From Narcine bancroftii (lineage: Eukaryota), in the NCBI RefSeq assembly GCF_036971445.1, contig NC_091470.1:221092001-221156000 (forward strand): 64,000 bases of DNA, written 5' to 3'. Each line of letters begins with the position of its first letter. Position 1 is the first letter of the stretch. The notes beneath the pieces are model-generated. The model was not told the origin of the DNA. It searched no databases and saw nothing but the letters and a program-made list of their open reading frames with translations. The translations under genes were made by a program, and so were the position numbers. This document shows, piece after piece, positions 1 to 13,803 of this stretch.

Positions 1-3000
1 GCTAAGGCTATCATAATAAATATTTTTTGTGCTCCATCCAAATCGAATCCAAGTTCTTTACTTCTTATGTTACTTAGAAGAAAGATCTCTGGACTTTTTG
101 GTATGTTGCTTTTTGTAATTTTATTTAATACCTGGTTTAGATCTTCCCAAAACTTTTCCACTTTCTCACATGCCCAAATTGCACGTACTGTTGTTCCCAT
201 TTCCTTCTTACAGTGAAAATATCTGTCTGATACTGTTGGGTCCCACTTATTTAACTTTTGGGGCGTGGTGTATAGCCTGTGTAACCAATTATCTTGTATC
301 ATGCGTAACCTCATGTTTATTGTATTTCTCATAGTTCCGGAGCATAGCTTTTCCCATGTTTCATTATTTATCTTTACGTTTAGATCTTGTTCCCATTTTT
401 GTTTAGGTTTACAGCTTGTTTTCTTTCTCTTGCAGTTTGATGTATATGTTTGTTATAAATCTTTTAATTATCATTGTGTCTGTAATCACATATTCAAAAT
501 TGCTTCCTTCTGGTAACCTCAGCCTGCTTCCCAATTTGTCCTTCAAGTAGGTTTTCAGTTGGTGGTATGCAAACATTGTACCGTGAGTTATACCACATTT
601 GTCCTTCATTTGTTCAAAAGATAATAATTTATTTCCTAAAAAACAATTTTCTATTCTTTTCATCCCTTTTCTCTCTCATTCTCTAAAGGAAAGGTTATCT
701 ATTATGAAAGGGATTAGTTGATTTTGCGTCAATATTAGTTTTGGTAGTTGATAATTTGTTTTATTCCTTTCTACGTGAATCTTCTTCCAAATGTTTAGCA
801 GATGATGCAGTACTGGTGAACTTCTATATTGCACCAGCTTTTCATCTCACTTATATAGTATATGTTCTGGTACCTTCTCCCCTATTTTATCTAGCTCTAA
901 TCTGGTCCAATCTGGTTTTTCCCTTGTTTGATAAAAATCTGATAGGTATCTTAATTGTGCTGCTCTATAATAATTCTTAAAGTTTGGTAGCTGTAAGCCC
1001 CCTTGTTTGTACCATTCTGTTAATTTATCTTGCGCGATCCTCGGTTTCCCCCCTTTCCATAAGAATTTCCTTATTATTTTCTTTAGCTCCTTGAAGAATT
1101 TCTCTGTTAGGTGAATTGGTAATGATTGAAATAGGTATTGTATCCTTGGGAAGATATTCATTTTAATACAATTTACCCTTCCTATCAGTGTTAGTGGTAG
1201 GTCTTTTCAATGTTCTAAGTCGTCTTGTAATTTCTTCATTAATGGCTGATAATTTAGTTTGTATTGATGGCCTAGATTATTATCTAGTTGTATACCTAGG
1301 TATCGAATTGCTTGTGTTTGCCATCTAAATGGTGATTCTTTCTTAAACTTTGTGAAATCCGCAGTATTCATTGGCATTGCTTCACTTTTATTTGCATTGA
1401 TCTTGTACCCCGATACTTCTCCATATTCCTTCAATTTCTTATATAATTCTTTTATTGGTATTTCTGGTTCTGTTAAGTATACTATGATATCATCTGCAAA
1501 TAGACTGATTTTATATTCCTTCTTTTTTATTTTTATCCTCTCATTTTATTTTCTGTTCTTATCAGTTCTGCCAGTGGTTCTATAGCTAATGTGAACAGTG
1601 ATGGAGATAGTGAACATCCCTGCTTTGTTGATCTGCTTAATTTAAATTGGTTTGATATATATCCATTTACTGTCACCTTTGCCAATGGTCCCTTATAAAA
1701 TGCTTTAATCCAATTAATATATTTCTCTGGTAGGTTGAACCTCTGTAGTACTTTGAATAAATAATTCCATTCTACTCTGTCAAAAGATTTATCTGCGTCT
1801 AAGGCAACCACCACTGTTGTCGTCTTGTTTCCTTGTACTGCATGGATTAAGTTAATGAACTTACAGAGATTGTCCAATGTTCATCTTTTCTTAATAAACC
1901 CAGTTTGATCTAGTTTTACTATTTTTGGTACACAGTTAGCCAATCTGTTTGCTAATAGTTTAGCTATTATCTTATAATTTATGTTGAGTAGAGATATTGG
2001 ACTATACGATGCTGGTGTTAGTGGATCTTTCCCCGTCTTTGGTATTACTGTAATTATTGCTGTCTTACATGAATCTGGCATGTTTTGTGTTTCTTCAATC
2101 AGGTTCATTACTTCCAGGAGAGGAGGAATTAATAAGTCTTTTAATGTTTTATAAAATTCTATTGGGAATCTATCCTCTCCTGGCATTTTATTGTTCGGTA
2201 GTTTTTTTAATATATCCTGTATTTCCTCTATTTCAAATGGTTTTATTAATTTATTTTGCTCCACTTCTTGCAATTTCTGTAGTTCAATTTTAGCTAGAAA
2301 CTCATCTATTTTGTCTTCTTACCATTCGTTCTCCATTCGATATAGTTGCTCGTAGAATTCCTTGAAGTTTTCATTGATCTCTGTTGGGTTATATGTAATT
2401 TGTTTGTCCTTTTTCCTTGATGCCAATACCATTATTTTAGTTTGTTCTGTCTTAAGCTGCCAAGCTAGTATTTTGTGCATTTTTTCTCCTAGCTCATAAT
2501 ACTTCTGTTTTGTCTTCATTATGTTCTTCTCCAACTTGTATGTTTGTAGTGTTTCATATTTTATTTTTTGTGTCCACCAATTCTCTTCTTTTTGTTGTAT
2601 CTTCCCTTATTGCTAATTATTTTTCTGTACTTGCTATTTCCCTTTCCAGCTGTTCTATTTCCCGATTGTAGTCCTTCTTCATCTTATTATCTGCTCTCTG
2701 ATGAACGCTTTCATTGCATCCCATAGTATAAACTTATCTTTCACTGATTCCGTATTTATTTTAAAGTACATTTTAATTTGTCGCTCAATTAATTCTCTAA
2801 AATCCTGTCTTTTAAGTAGCATGGAGTTTAATCTCCATCTATACGTTCTCGGTGGGATGTCCTCCAGCTCTATTGCTAACAACAGGGGTGAGTGATCTGA
2901 TAACAATCTATCTTTATATTCTGTTTTCCTCACTCTCCCTTGGAAGTGGGCTGACAACAGGAACATTTTGAGTATGAGTATGTTTTATGTCTACCCGAAT

Positions 3001-3573
3001 AATATGAGTATTCCTTCTCCTTTGAGTGTTGTCTCCTCCATATATCCAAAAGTTGCATTTCCTCATCAATTTAACCATAAATTTGGTTACTTTGTTCTTT
3101 CTGTTAGTCTTTTTTCCTGTTTTATCCATCTTTGAGTCCAAATTAAGGTTAAAGTCCCCTCCTATCAGTATATTCTCCTGTGTATCTGCAATCTTCAAAA
3201 AGATATCTTGCATAAATTTTTGATCCTCTTCATTAGGTGCATATACATTGAGAAAATTCCAAAATTCTGAATATATCTGACACTTTATCATTACATACCT
3301 CCCTGCTAGATCTATTATTTCCTCCTCTATTTTGATTGGTACATTTTTATTGATTAATATAGCTACACCTCTGGCTTTTGAATTATATGATGCTGCCGTT
3401 ATGTGCCCTACCCAATCTCTCCTTAATTTCTTGTGTTCCACTTCTGTTAGATGTGTTTCCTGCACGAATGCTATATCAATTTTTTCTTTCTTCAGTAAAT
3501 TTAACAGCCTCTTCCTTTTGATTTGGTTATGTATTCCATTAATATTTATAGTCATATAGTTCAACATGTCCAT
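1..3573 (-). pseudogene. L1 ORF2 (endonuclease/reverse transcriptase), many frameshifts and stops
   Basis: Colinear ORF fragments from 2914-3573 down to 409-663 carrying EN and RT motifs. Confidence 0.93.
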
Positions 3574-3947
3574 TTCATACTTTGTTTACCTCTCATTTCC
3601 ACTTCCTCATCACCACCTTTCCTCCTTATCCATTTCTGTTTTCTTTTTTGAACACATTGTAAGACGACACTTCTAAAACATAAAATATTTCCACTATTCC
3701 CACATCTAAAATTCCCTTAACCCCAAATGTCCCCCCCCCCCCCACTCTCTGAGAGGCCCCTTGGCCCTTGTCGGCCAAGCACATCTCCCCTCTCCATTTG
3801 GATTGCGAACCCGCTCACAAGCATCAACTGGTTTCGCAGTGACTGTTATTCTCTCCCACCCAGCCCCCTCCAGAAAAGACTTTTATCTTCAAAGCTCACC
3901 TTCTTAATCCCCCTTTACTTCCCTTTCTTCCCCTTCTTATTTCTTAC

Positions 3948-5404
3948 TTATACATTATTTTTCTTCTTTATATGAAGTTTGACGTCATTTTTGTTCTTGT
4001 TACATCTGTTCATCTCTCTGTCTGTTTTGCAGGCATTCTGCAAATTCTCGTGCTTTCTCCAGATCTGAGAACAGTCTGCTTTACTGCCCCGGGTAGCTAT
4101 TTTAAGCACCGTTGGATATCTTAACATACATTTATAGCCTTTCTTCCATAGGATCGATTTTGCTGCATTAAACTCCTTTCTCTTCTTCAGGAGCTCAAAA
4201 CATATGTATGGGTAGAAACATTTTTTTTGACCTTTGTATTCCAGTGGCTTTTTGTCTTCTCTCATTTTTATAATTGCCTTCTCCAATATATTTTCTCTTG
4301 TTGTATATCTCATGAATTTTACTAGAATGGATCTTGGTTTTTGATGTGGCTATGGTTTAGGGGCTAATGTTCTGTGTGCCCTTTCTATTTCCATTCCTTC
4401 CTGTAATTCTGACATTCCTAGGTCCCTGGGGATCCATTCTTTTATAAATTCTTTCATATCTTTGCCTTCTTCATCTTCCTTAAGGCCCACTATCTTTATA
4501 TTGTTTCTCCTATTATAGTTTTCCATTGCATCCATCTTCTGAGCTAACAACTCCTGTGTTTCTTTAACTTCTTTATCAGATTCTTCCAGTTTCCTTTTTA
4601 AGTCATCCACTTCCATTTCTACGGTTGTTTCTCGTTCTTCCACCTTGTCTACTCTTTTCCCTATTTCTGACATGACCATCTCTAATCTACTCACTTTTTC
4701 TTCTGTACCTTTTATTCTTCTTTTTATTTCACTAAATTCTCATGTCAGCCATTTTTTTAATGCTTCCATATATTCTTGAATTTTTTTTTATCCATGTACT
4801 GTCCATTCCCTTTATCTTCCATTTCTCTGTACAGAGCTTGATGCTCTCTCTCCTCTTCCCCTGTGTCCGCTCCAGGACCTGTATCCTCTACCTCTCTTCC
4901 TTGTATCTGTGTCTCTTCTGACTTTCTTGTTGGTCTGTTTATCTCAGTTTGCTGGGTATTTTTTTTTAATGGTGTCTTGATGTTGGTCCTCTTCCTCTGG
5001 GCTGGTCATCTGCTGAGGCTCTGATTTCCTTTTTTCATTCTCCTCCCTCCCGTTTCCGTTATTTTCTTTATCTTCCCGCTGGGAGCCCTGCTGTCGGGTC
5101 TTTCTCAGCTGTTCAAGCTTTGGAGTTCCACTCCACAGCTGGTCCCCCCTCCCATCGGTGTTGTCTTTGTTGTGCGTGGTTGCGCACCTCTGTTTGGCTC
5201 CGTGAGCCATCCTTGTAGTCCTGTGTTCGGTGGGTCGCGACTCTTCGGGGTTTCCACTGACCTCAGGGAGTGGGCTCCTCTTTCCACGGCGGGTCCCTGC
5301 TTCTTCGTACAGGTAAGGCCTTCACCTTTCTCTTCCGACGTCTTTCCTTCTTCTTTTCTTCCCATTGTTTTTGGCTTTTCTTTCTTTGGTGCCATTTCCT
5401 CCAC
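3948..5404 (-). pseudogene. L1 ORF1 (Transposase_22-type RNA-binding protein), frameshifted
   Basis: ORF pieces 5105-5404, 4944-5210, 4350-4694 (coiled coil and RRM start) and 3948-4313 (CTD-like). Confidence 0.85.
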
Positions 5405-5871
5405 ATCTTTATTTTTTATTTGTTGTGGTTTGTGTGTCTGTGGCTTTGCTTTTTCTTTACTTTTTTCCTTCTTTTCTGGAGAGGGCTGGTATTCTCCTAC
5501 CGGCCACTAATCCATCACGTGACTCCTCCTGGTAGGTCAGTTAATGTCAGCCATACAACCAATACAGGACCAGTGTCTGATTCTAGATAAAAGAATCTCT
5601 GGCATTCAATGGTCCTGCAAATCATGTCTGAATATTTTAGATCTTGCATGTGACATCTATGCATCACCATTGTACATCACTGTACATGCCTGGCAACAAC
5701 CATATATGCATAGGTCTGGAATAAAGGAAAAGTGTGCAAAGTAGCTCAATTTATTTAGTGATTGGATGGTAAGTTAACTTCTATTACACAGTGGATTCAA
5801 AACATTCCTTGAGCAATAGAAATCTTATTCCAAGTGTCATAAGCACCAAAACTGGCACCTGCTTTCAGTGA

Positions 5872-5940
5872 CCATTGATAAAGGGTCCTGACCTGAAACA
5901 TTGGCCATTTCTGCCCATGGATGCTGCTTGACCTGGTTCT
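5872..5940 (+). repeat. Penelope-like terminal-repeat fragment with decayed hammerhead motif
   Basis: TTGATAA-AGGGTCCTGACCT-GAAA-CATTGG followed by ATGGATGCTGC..GACCTG, as in the other copies. Confidence 0.6.
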
Positions 5941-6026
5941 CGGAAATGGCAGTACGACAGACAAGTCAGAGGAAGATGGCAAGAGATTCAAGGCCTCTTC
6001 CATTTGAACAATACTTCATAGACATT

Positions 6027-6029
<3 letters not shown>

Positions 6030-6072
<43 letters not shown>

Positions 6073-6073
6073 G

Positions 6074-6098
<25 letters not shown>
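6030..6098. repeat. Interrupted (CT)n microsatellite
   Basis: Directly visible. Confidence 0.97.
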
Positions 6099-6104
<6 letters not shown>

Positions 6105-6790
6105 TTGGCTAAAGTACCCACCTGCTTCCAGAAGGATACTGTTAATACAGCATTGAAGAAGACTCCAGTGACAAGCTAAAATGACTATCAGTCAGTGATT
6201 GTGAGATCCAGCACCATTAAGAGCTTTAGGAGGTAGGTCAACTCCACCCTTGACTCATTCTAATTTACATACTGCTGGAACAAGTCCACTGCATCTTCCA
6301 TCTCCCTGGCCCCCCCACACTCAGTCCTTGAACAGCTGGACAATAAGGACATCTATGCCAGATTGCTATTTATCAATGATAGTTCTGCATTGAAAACAAT
6401 AGCACCAAATAAGCTCATCTTCAATACATGACCTTCTCTGCAATTGGATCCACGACTCTATCCCAAAGGCCACAATCAGTGCGGATTGATGACAGCACCT
6501 CCTCCACGATCATCCCCAACACCAAGACTACATCCTCAGTCCTCTAACACACCCATGTACATCACTGTCTGCGAGGACAAACTCCAGCTGTAGGCTTGCG
6601 GATGACACCACTGCCGTCAGCAGAATCTCTAACACCGGAGTAGAAACGAGAGATGTAATGGACTTGTGGCTTGGTGCCAGGACAACGCCTCTCCCTTAAT
6701 GCCAGAAAGATCCAAGAAGGTAGATACAATAGAAGAAGGCCGGAGCTCAGCTCCCAGTCCACATCAATGCTGCTGAGGTGGAGAAATAGC
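6105..6790 (+). mobile_element. Old Rex1/Babar-type LINE RT fragment
   Basis: Decayed match to the RT region at 10000-10700 (VPTCFQK, NDYQSV, ADDTT). Confidence 0.75.
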
Positions 6791-6796
6791 AGGCAG

Positions 6797-7080
6797 TTTT
6801 AGCCTTTAAAATATTCAAAGCAAGCAAGCACAAAACTCAAAAGACTGTACAACAGGCTTAATTCGACTAAAAGTCTGAACACCAGTTCATGCTTCGGTAA
6901 CTCCCCGTGTGACTGGCTCAGGTCTATATTCGGGTCGGCTGATTGACAGGCGGTCAGGTGAAGTCAGCCCGCAAGGGGGTCTATTCAAGTCGGCTGATTG
7001 ACAGGCGGCCAGGTGGAATCAGCCGCAAGGTGGCCTTCCTGCAGGTACAGAGATCGCCCCCTGGTGGTCATATCACCACA
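6797..7080 (-). mobile_element. Probable solo LTR (Gypsy-like) with an internal ~57-bp tandem duplication
   Basis: Ends ..CATATCACCACA; GTCGGCTGATTGACAGGCGG occurs twice (about 6933 and 6989); left end and TSD are unclear. Confidence 0.5.
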
Positions 7081-8509
7081 GGCTGACATACTATAAATCT
7101 TAATTTTTAATGAGAAAGCAGAGAAAATAATCATTGACCATTGAAAAAAATGAATCTGTCAGTAATTCTGTGTGAACAGAGTGATTTATGTGTCAGACAT
7201 ATGAATTACATACTGGAAAAACTGGTGAAGATATCCTTTGCAACGGCCTTTTCATCGCTCAGCTATGTTTAGACTTGGCTAATTGACTAACAGAGTATCA
7301 ATGATTTTATCATATTGAGAACAATTTTTCCAGATACACAGTTCTTCCTCAAGATAGTGTAACAGCAGCAAAGAAAAAAAAAATAGCCGTGGAAGCATTT
7401 TGTGCCAGTCTTCTATTGAGCTTGGAAATTAACTTTAAATTTGCACCTTATTTGGTTTGGGTATGGAATACCTGACTTCCATCATGTGAATTGCATTCTC
7501 CCAGGCTGAGATGTGTGATAGAATTGCAAATCCATGGCTCTTTGGGTCAACTATATATATAAAAGATGGATCAATGGATCTGTTGCTTTAATGAGTCATG
7601 TTGCTTTAGTTGATTCAATGATTTTGGACCAAGAAATGGTGAGGCATTCACCCTGTTGCCTATAGTGTCCCAGAATGACATCATATAGTAGAACTTCTCA
7701 AGAATATCAATCATGTGTATGACCAATAACAGTGCTAATCTCATCCAATGGTCACTATGTGTATGAATAATGTTTACTCACAGGGGTGCTTTGCAATTTT
7801 AGAGAATATTATACCGGAAACCTGAAATGTGGCTCATCTTGGTGCAGTATCACCAGTACCCTATAAATTTGCATCAACCTTCCTTAATCCTATAACTTAT
7901 GCAATGTCACTTAACTTTCATCTGGAGCTTCTAATTACATACTCTACTCGATCCTCTGAATCGAAAATAATGACATCCTTTTAAATTCTTCATTCCAAAA
8001 TGGATAAAGCTCGTATCATATTGCACCAGCCAGCCTCTTGTCCTCTAACTTAACCTTTCTAGATCCCTTTCGAAGCACTTTGAGTCTTCCTCATAACTTG
8101 CTAGCCCATCTAAATTGGCTCCTGAACACTGCAGTCTGCCCACAATTTCATTAAATAGCATGTAAATAGTTGCGGCCCCCGCACTAATTCCTATAGCGTC
8201 CCATTAGTTGCTGATCGCCAAATGGAGTTACTCTTAATATTTTTATTATAATGATTATCAAGATGTTTTCATGTCTGAGATGATGATCAATCCAAAATAG
8301 TTTGATAGAATATCTGTCATTTCTCTATTTCTAATGATCAATTTTTCAGTCTCATCCTTCTTTGGTTATGACTTCAACCGGTCTCTTCCTTTTTCTCGAA
8401 GAGGCTGCATCGCCAAATGATGAAATCCCCAACCCACTATATTGAGTCTACCATTGGGAAAATCTCATCAAAATATAAAACCCAAACTGGACTTTCAAAT
8501 TAGCAGATC

Positions 8510-11415
8510 GGATCGGTAAGATTCTGTGCGGCTTAAATCAGCTGAAGCAGGGAACACAGACTTCAAACTGCAGAGTGGATCACGGGAGGTGCGTGGGAGG
8601 CCACCGGAAGCTCTGTCGGAGAAGGCAGAAGTGTGAAAAACGGGCTGGCATCAGACCTGCCCCCTTCAGACCTGCGCTCCCGATGATCTTACTCTCAAAT
8701 GTAAGATAGCTGGAGAATAAAATAAGATGACCTGAGGCTGCATCTGAACCAGAGAGAACTCTAGGGCTGCTGTGCTCTGGTGATTACAGAACATTCCAGA
8801 CTCAGCAATCCAGCTGGATGGCCTTCAAGTCAGACAGAGGCGCTGCTGCTTCTGGCAAGACTTGAGGAGGGTGGGGACTGTGCACTTACATCAATGAGAA
8901 CTGATGCACTAATGTCTCTGTTGTGAAGACCTTCTGCTCAGCAGAGACAGAGAACCTGATGGTGAAATACAGACCCTTCTACCTGCCCACAGAATTCTCG
9001 GCCATGCTGATTACCACAGTTTGCATTCCGTCTTTGGCTAACAAGGGTAAACCCATGAAGGAGTTTTATGGTACCATCTGCGAAGCCCAGACTTCCCACA
9101 ATGACAGTGCCATGATTGATGCTGAAAATGGTCTTACTACATTTTCAATAGCATGTGAACTTTGCCACTAGAGGGGAGAACACCCTGGACCAGGTGTACA
9201 GCAACGTCCCTGGTGCATACAAGGCCGCACCTCGCCCCAAATTTGAATCAAATTTCTGTCCTGCCAACACCGGCATACAGATAGCTGGCAAAACAAACTA
9301 GACAGTTCACAGGGTGATCAGGATGTGGCCGGGAGTGGGGCCACAGCACCGCTGCAAGACTGCTTCGAGACCACGGACTGGAGCTGATTCAGGGAGGCGG
9401 CCACCTTCAACGGACAACGTACATGAGCTCAGTGACTGGCTACATCAACAAGTGCATTGAGTATGTCACCGAAATCAAATGCTTCACAACCAGGGCTAAC
9501 CAGAAACCAAGGTTGGATGCAAAGGTCCGGGCCCTTCTCAGAGCTTGTGTTGCTGCCTTCAGGACAGGGGACAGGATGGCACTAAGATCAGGCAGGGCTG
9601 AACTCTCCTATGCAATCCAGAACCAAAAGCAAGGGTACACAAAGAAGATCCACAGACAGCTGTGTAACACCGGTGACAAGGAATCAAGAATATTACGGAT
9701 CACAAATCATCTTTGTGAATTAAGGACACCTCCCTTCTGGGCAGACTAAACACCTTCTTTGCACGGTTTGTTGAAAAGAAAAGGATGATGCCAAAGTAAG
9801 CTCCATGTCCCCCTGACGAATGTGGGTTCCCCTCATAGCTGAGGCCGAGATGAGAAGAACACTATCCAAGGTGGACCCACACAAGGTGGCGGGTCAGACA
9901 ACATACCTGGATGTGTACATAAGGATTGAGCAGGCCAATTGAGGGAGGTCTTCATGGATATCTTCAACAACTGACTGCAGCAGTCCATCATTCCCACAGG
10001 GTTCAAGGCAGCCACTATCATCCCAGTACCCAATAGGGCGACATTAACAGGGCTCAATGACTACTGTCCAGTGGCATTAACCTCCACCGTTATGAAATGC
10101 TTTGAGTGTCTGATGATGAAATCCATCAAAGCACACCAACCAGAGACACTGAACCCATTTCAATTTGCCTATAGAAACCAATCCACAGACAATGCTATAG
10201 CCTTGTCATTTCACTTCGTCCTGGCCCACCTGGAGAATGATGCCTTATATGTCAGGCTACTGCTCTTTGACTTCAACTCGGCATTTAATACGATCATCCC
10301 CCAGAGTCTGGTGGAGAAGCTGTCTTCCTGGGATTCAACGGCCCTCCCTGTAACTGGATCCTGGACTTCCTCACGGAAAGACCACAGTCCGTCTAGGTTG
10401 ACAGCAGAACGTCGACCATCATCACGCTGAGTACTGGCTCACCTCAGGGCTGTATGCTCAGCCCACTCCTGTTCATGCTTCTGACCCAAGACTGCATCAC
10501 CAGATCCAGATCCGACAGTGTCATCAAGTTTGCAGATGACACAACTGTAGTCAGCCTCATCAGCAACCACGATGAGTCGCACAACAGAGAAGAGGTAGAA
10601 AATCTCGTGAAATGGTCCGAGTGTAACAACCTAAGTCTCAATGTGGACTAGATGAAAGAGATGATCATGGACTTCAGGAGGACCAGGAATGACCACCCTC
10701 CACTACACATCAACAACTCTAGCGGAAAGAGTGGAGAGCACCAAGTTCCTTGGAGTTCATTTAACTAGTGACCTATCATGGACACACCACATCCCCTCAC
10801 TTGTCAGGAAAGCACACAAGTGACTGCACTTCCTGAGAAGACTAAAGCTGTCAAGGCCACCAGCCACCATTATGCCAACCTTCTGAGGGAGTTCTATCGA
10901 GAGCATCCTGGCCGACTGCAAAACAGTGTGGTACAGTTGCTTCAGAGAAATGGAGCGGAGGTCAATCAGAAGTGGCAGAGAGGTTCACTGGAGTCTTCCT
11001 TCCCCCACCCACCCCCAGTTTGGCGTGATCTACCGGCATCGATGTCTGAAGTGCATGCAAAATCATTGAGGACCCCTTCCGCCCGGCACACAGCATCTTT
11101 TAGCTGCTCCCATGGGGTAAGAGTTCCAGAGTATCAGAGCCAGTACCAGTGGGATGAGGAACAGCTTCATCCCATGGGCAGTGGGAATATTGAACGACCA
11201 AAGGACCTGCTCCCATTAACCATCCGAGACTCTCATTTGTACAAAGCAATAATCATTTATTTATGTTTAAAGATATAATACGACCTGCATGTGTATTATT
11301 TGTCTATATGTGTGTTACGTCTGGCTCTGTGTCTGTGTGTTTTTGCACCGAGGACCAGAGAACGCTGTTTCATTGAGTTGTACATGCACAATCAGATGAC
11401 AATAAATTTGAATTT
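8510..11415 (+). mobile_element. Rex1/Babar-type LINE, near full-length ORF (EN+RT), decayed
   Basis: YRPFYLP.EFS, RGENTLDQVY, ALTSTVMKCFE, DFNSAFNTIIP, QGCMLSPLLF, IKFADDTT; 3' AATAAA-TTTGAA tail. Confidence 0.9.
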
Positions 11416-11679
11416 TTATATCAATGTGAAATGTTTTACTGGCTGATTTACATTATTTGCCAGTCACCCTCATTCTATATCTTTCCCCTCTATATTATTT
11501 TTTGGTCTACCTTTGCTATTTTCTAAATCCTAATTTTCTAACCCATCATTAGGCTTTACGTTATTTGGCCTTTTCTTTGAATTTAATGCCATTTTTAACT
11601 TCTGTATTAAGGGGCAGATGGTACATCCTTCTCCTGGAGGCTTTCTTTCTCATTGGAAGATGTTTTGTCAGATTTCCAC

Positions 11680-12155
11680 AGATGTACCGTGGAGATCATT
11701 CTGACTGGTTGCATCACTGTCTAGTACGGAGGCGCCAATAGACAGGAGAGGAAAAGGCTTAGAAGAGTCGTGAACTCAGCCAGCTTCACCATGGGCATCA
11801 GTCTTCATTCCATTGAGGACATCTGGATGAGGCAGCGTCTTAAGTAAACCATCTCTATCATCAAGGGTCCTCACCACCGGGGCCATGCCTTCTTCTCGCT
11901 GCTACCAGCAGGAAAGAAGTGCAGGAGCCTGAAAATAGACACTCAGTGCTACAGAAACAGCTTCTTCCCCTCCACCATCAGATTTCTAAATGGGCAATGA
12001 ACCATAGGCACAACTTCACTTTTTCTCCTTTATTTTGGCCCTAATTAATTTATTATTCAAAAACGCAATTCATTGCAATTTCTGCACCTATAATCAAACC
12101 GCAAATCAGCAGAATTTTATGACACGTGTTCAGGACAATAAATTCAGATTCTGAC
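11680..12155 (+). mobile_element. Rex1/Babar-type LINE 3' fragment
   Basis: HPGH..FSLLP.GK..RSL-type end and ACAATAAATTCAGATTCTGA tail. Confidence 0.75.
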
Positions 12156-12267
12156 TTTTAATTATATTAGTTCGTTGGCATTTACCTTGTACAATGTACG
12201 TGTGCACCAATATTCTTACTTGCTGCTTCAACACAACGACAGTATACTGTTTAAATAAAACTATAAC

Positions 12268-13395
12268 CGGATTCAGAGGAAGTTCATAAGGATGATTCCA
12301 GGAGTGAAAGGGTTATCATTATGACAGCTCTTGGCCTGCACTCATTGGAATCTAGAATTCAGATTTCAGATCTATTGGCAGAGTATATACAGGGCATCAC
12401 ATACAACCCTGAGATTCTTTTTTTTTTATCTGCGGGTGAAGCAGAATTATCACTTATTTATACCGTAAAAAAATATCTACTCGATGTACACATGCAAATA
12501 AAGAAATGTTAACACATTATGTAATACAGAGTGAAATCAATCGTTAAAATGCAGAAGAGTCCTTACATGAGTCCCTGATTGAGTTTGCTGCATAAAGTTA
12601 GTTGGGTGAGGGGTAGTAGCTATTCCTGAACCTGGTGGTGCAAGACTTTCCAATTTAAAAAAAAATAGCACAGGCCCTTTTGGCCCAAGAGTCCATTCTG
12701 CCGAATTTACCCCCAATTGACCTACAACCCCCGGTACGTCTTGTGGCACCTACACCACTTCCCTGATGGTAGCAGTGAGAACAGAGCACGTGCTGGGTGA
12801 TGTGGATCTTTGATGATTGCTGCTGCTCTCCGATGACCAAATTGCCTGTAGATGTCCTCAAGGGTGAGGAGGGTCATGTCCTCGACTCTCTCTACAACCT
12901 TTTGCAGAGATTTCTACTTGCCGTATTGATGTCCCCATACCACATTGTGATGCATCTGGTCAGCAGATTTTTGACCAAACATCAGTAGAACTTTGCCAGT
13001 GTTTCCAATGCCATAAGGGAGGGATCTTAATGAAAGATTTCATATGTTGAAAATCATGGGCAGAGTAGATGTAGAAAGGTTGCTTCCCATGGTGGGAGAA
13101 TCTAGGACAAGAGAGTACAACTTCAGGTTTGAAGGCATCCGCTTAGAACAGAGATGCAGAGGGTAGTAAATCTGTGAAATTTGTTACCACAGGCAGTTGT
13201 GGAGGCCAAGTCGTTGGCAGTATTTAAAGCACAGGTTGATATATTCTTGATTAGCCAGGGCATCAAAGGTTATGAGGAGAAGGCTGGGCGGTGAGGCTGA
13301 GTGGAAAGATGAATCAGCTCATGATTAAATGATGGGGCAGACTCGATGGGCTGAATGGCCTAGTTCTGCTCCTTCGCGTACTTTGTGATATTACA
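12268..13395 (+). mobile_element. CR1 LINE 3' fragment split by a minus-strand Rex1 3' fragment (about 12346-13014), which itself carries a SINE tail (about 12652-12741)
   Basis: CR1 text (CAGAGGAAGTTCATAAGGATGATTCCAGG..CACTCATTGGAAT) resumes at GAGGGATCTTAATGAAA and ends in the GGGCTGAATGGCCTAGTTCTGCTCC tail. Confidence 0.8.
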
Positions 13396-13419
13396 TACGA
13401 TTAATGAGCTAATAAATAC

Positions 13420-13510
13420 AATATTCCTTCATTCAGGTCCCTTGTCGTTCGGCATGGGTGATCATGTTTCTCCATCCGTCACGATCTCTGACCCTCTGAA
13501 TTGTCGTTGT
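13420..13510 (-). mobile_element. RTE-clade LINE extreme 3' end
   Basis: RVRDRDGWRNMITHAERQGT* followed by a GAAT-like tail, typical of an RTE C-terminus. Confidence 0.6.
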
Positions 13511-13734
13511 GGCCTCCCCGTTCTCCTTCAGTGAAGGCTCCATCTTTGAGCTGAGACCGTAGTCAATGTGATGATTGTACAAGGGAAAAATACTGAATTG
13601 GTTTCCTGTTGCATTCTTCAGTTGCAATGTCCTTAATGGATGGGTAAACCAGGCCATTAATCAGGAGATTCATCTGGCCAGCATTTTAAGTTTTGCAACC
13701 ATAAATTCCAACGTAGAATCTGCTTGTACAATTT

Positions 13735-13747
13735 AAAAAAAAAAAAA

Positions 13748-13793
<46 letters not shown>

Positions 13794-13803
13794 TTTATAT
13801 ATG
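13735..13803. repeat. poly(A) plus (TA)n microsatellite
   Basis: Directly visible. Confidence 0.97.

Larger units (their letters stand above)
1..5530 (-). mobile_element. L1-clade LINE with 5' end present, decayed ORF1 and ORF2; 3' end lies outside the window
   Basis: ORF1 fragments (RRNNIKIVGL..EIERAHR), APE endonuclease (MTININGI..IAFVQETH, IGGDFN, SDHSP), RT (QGCSLSPSLF, LFADD near 1490), C-terminal CCHC-like remnant near 160-230; 5' end reads GGAGGAGTCACGTGATGG on minus. Confidence 0.95.
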
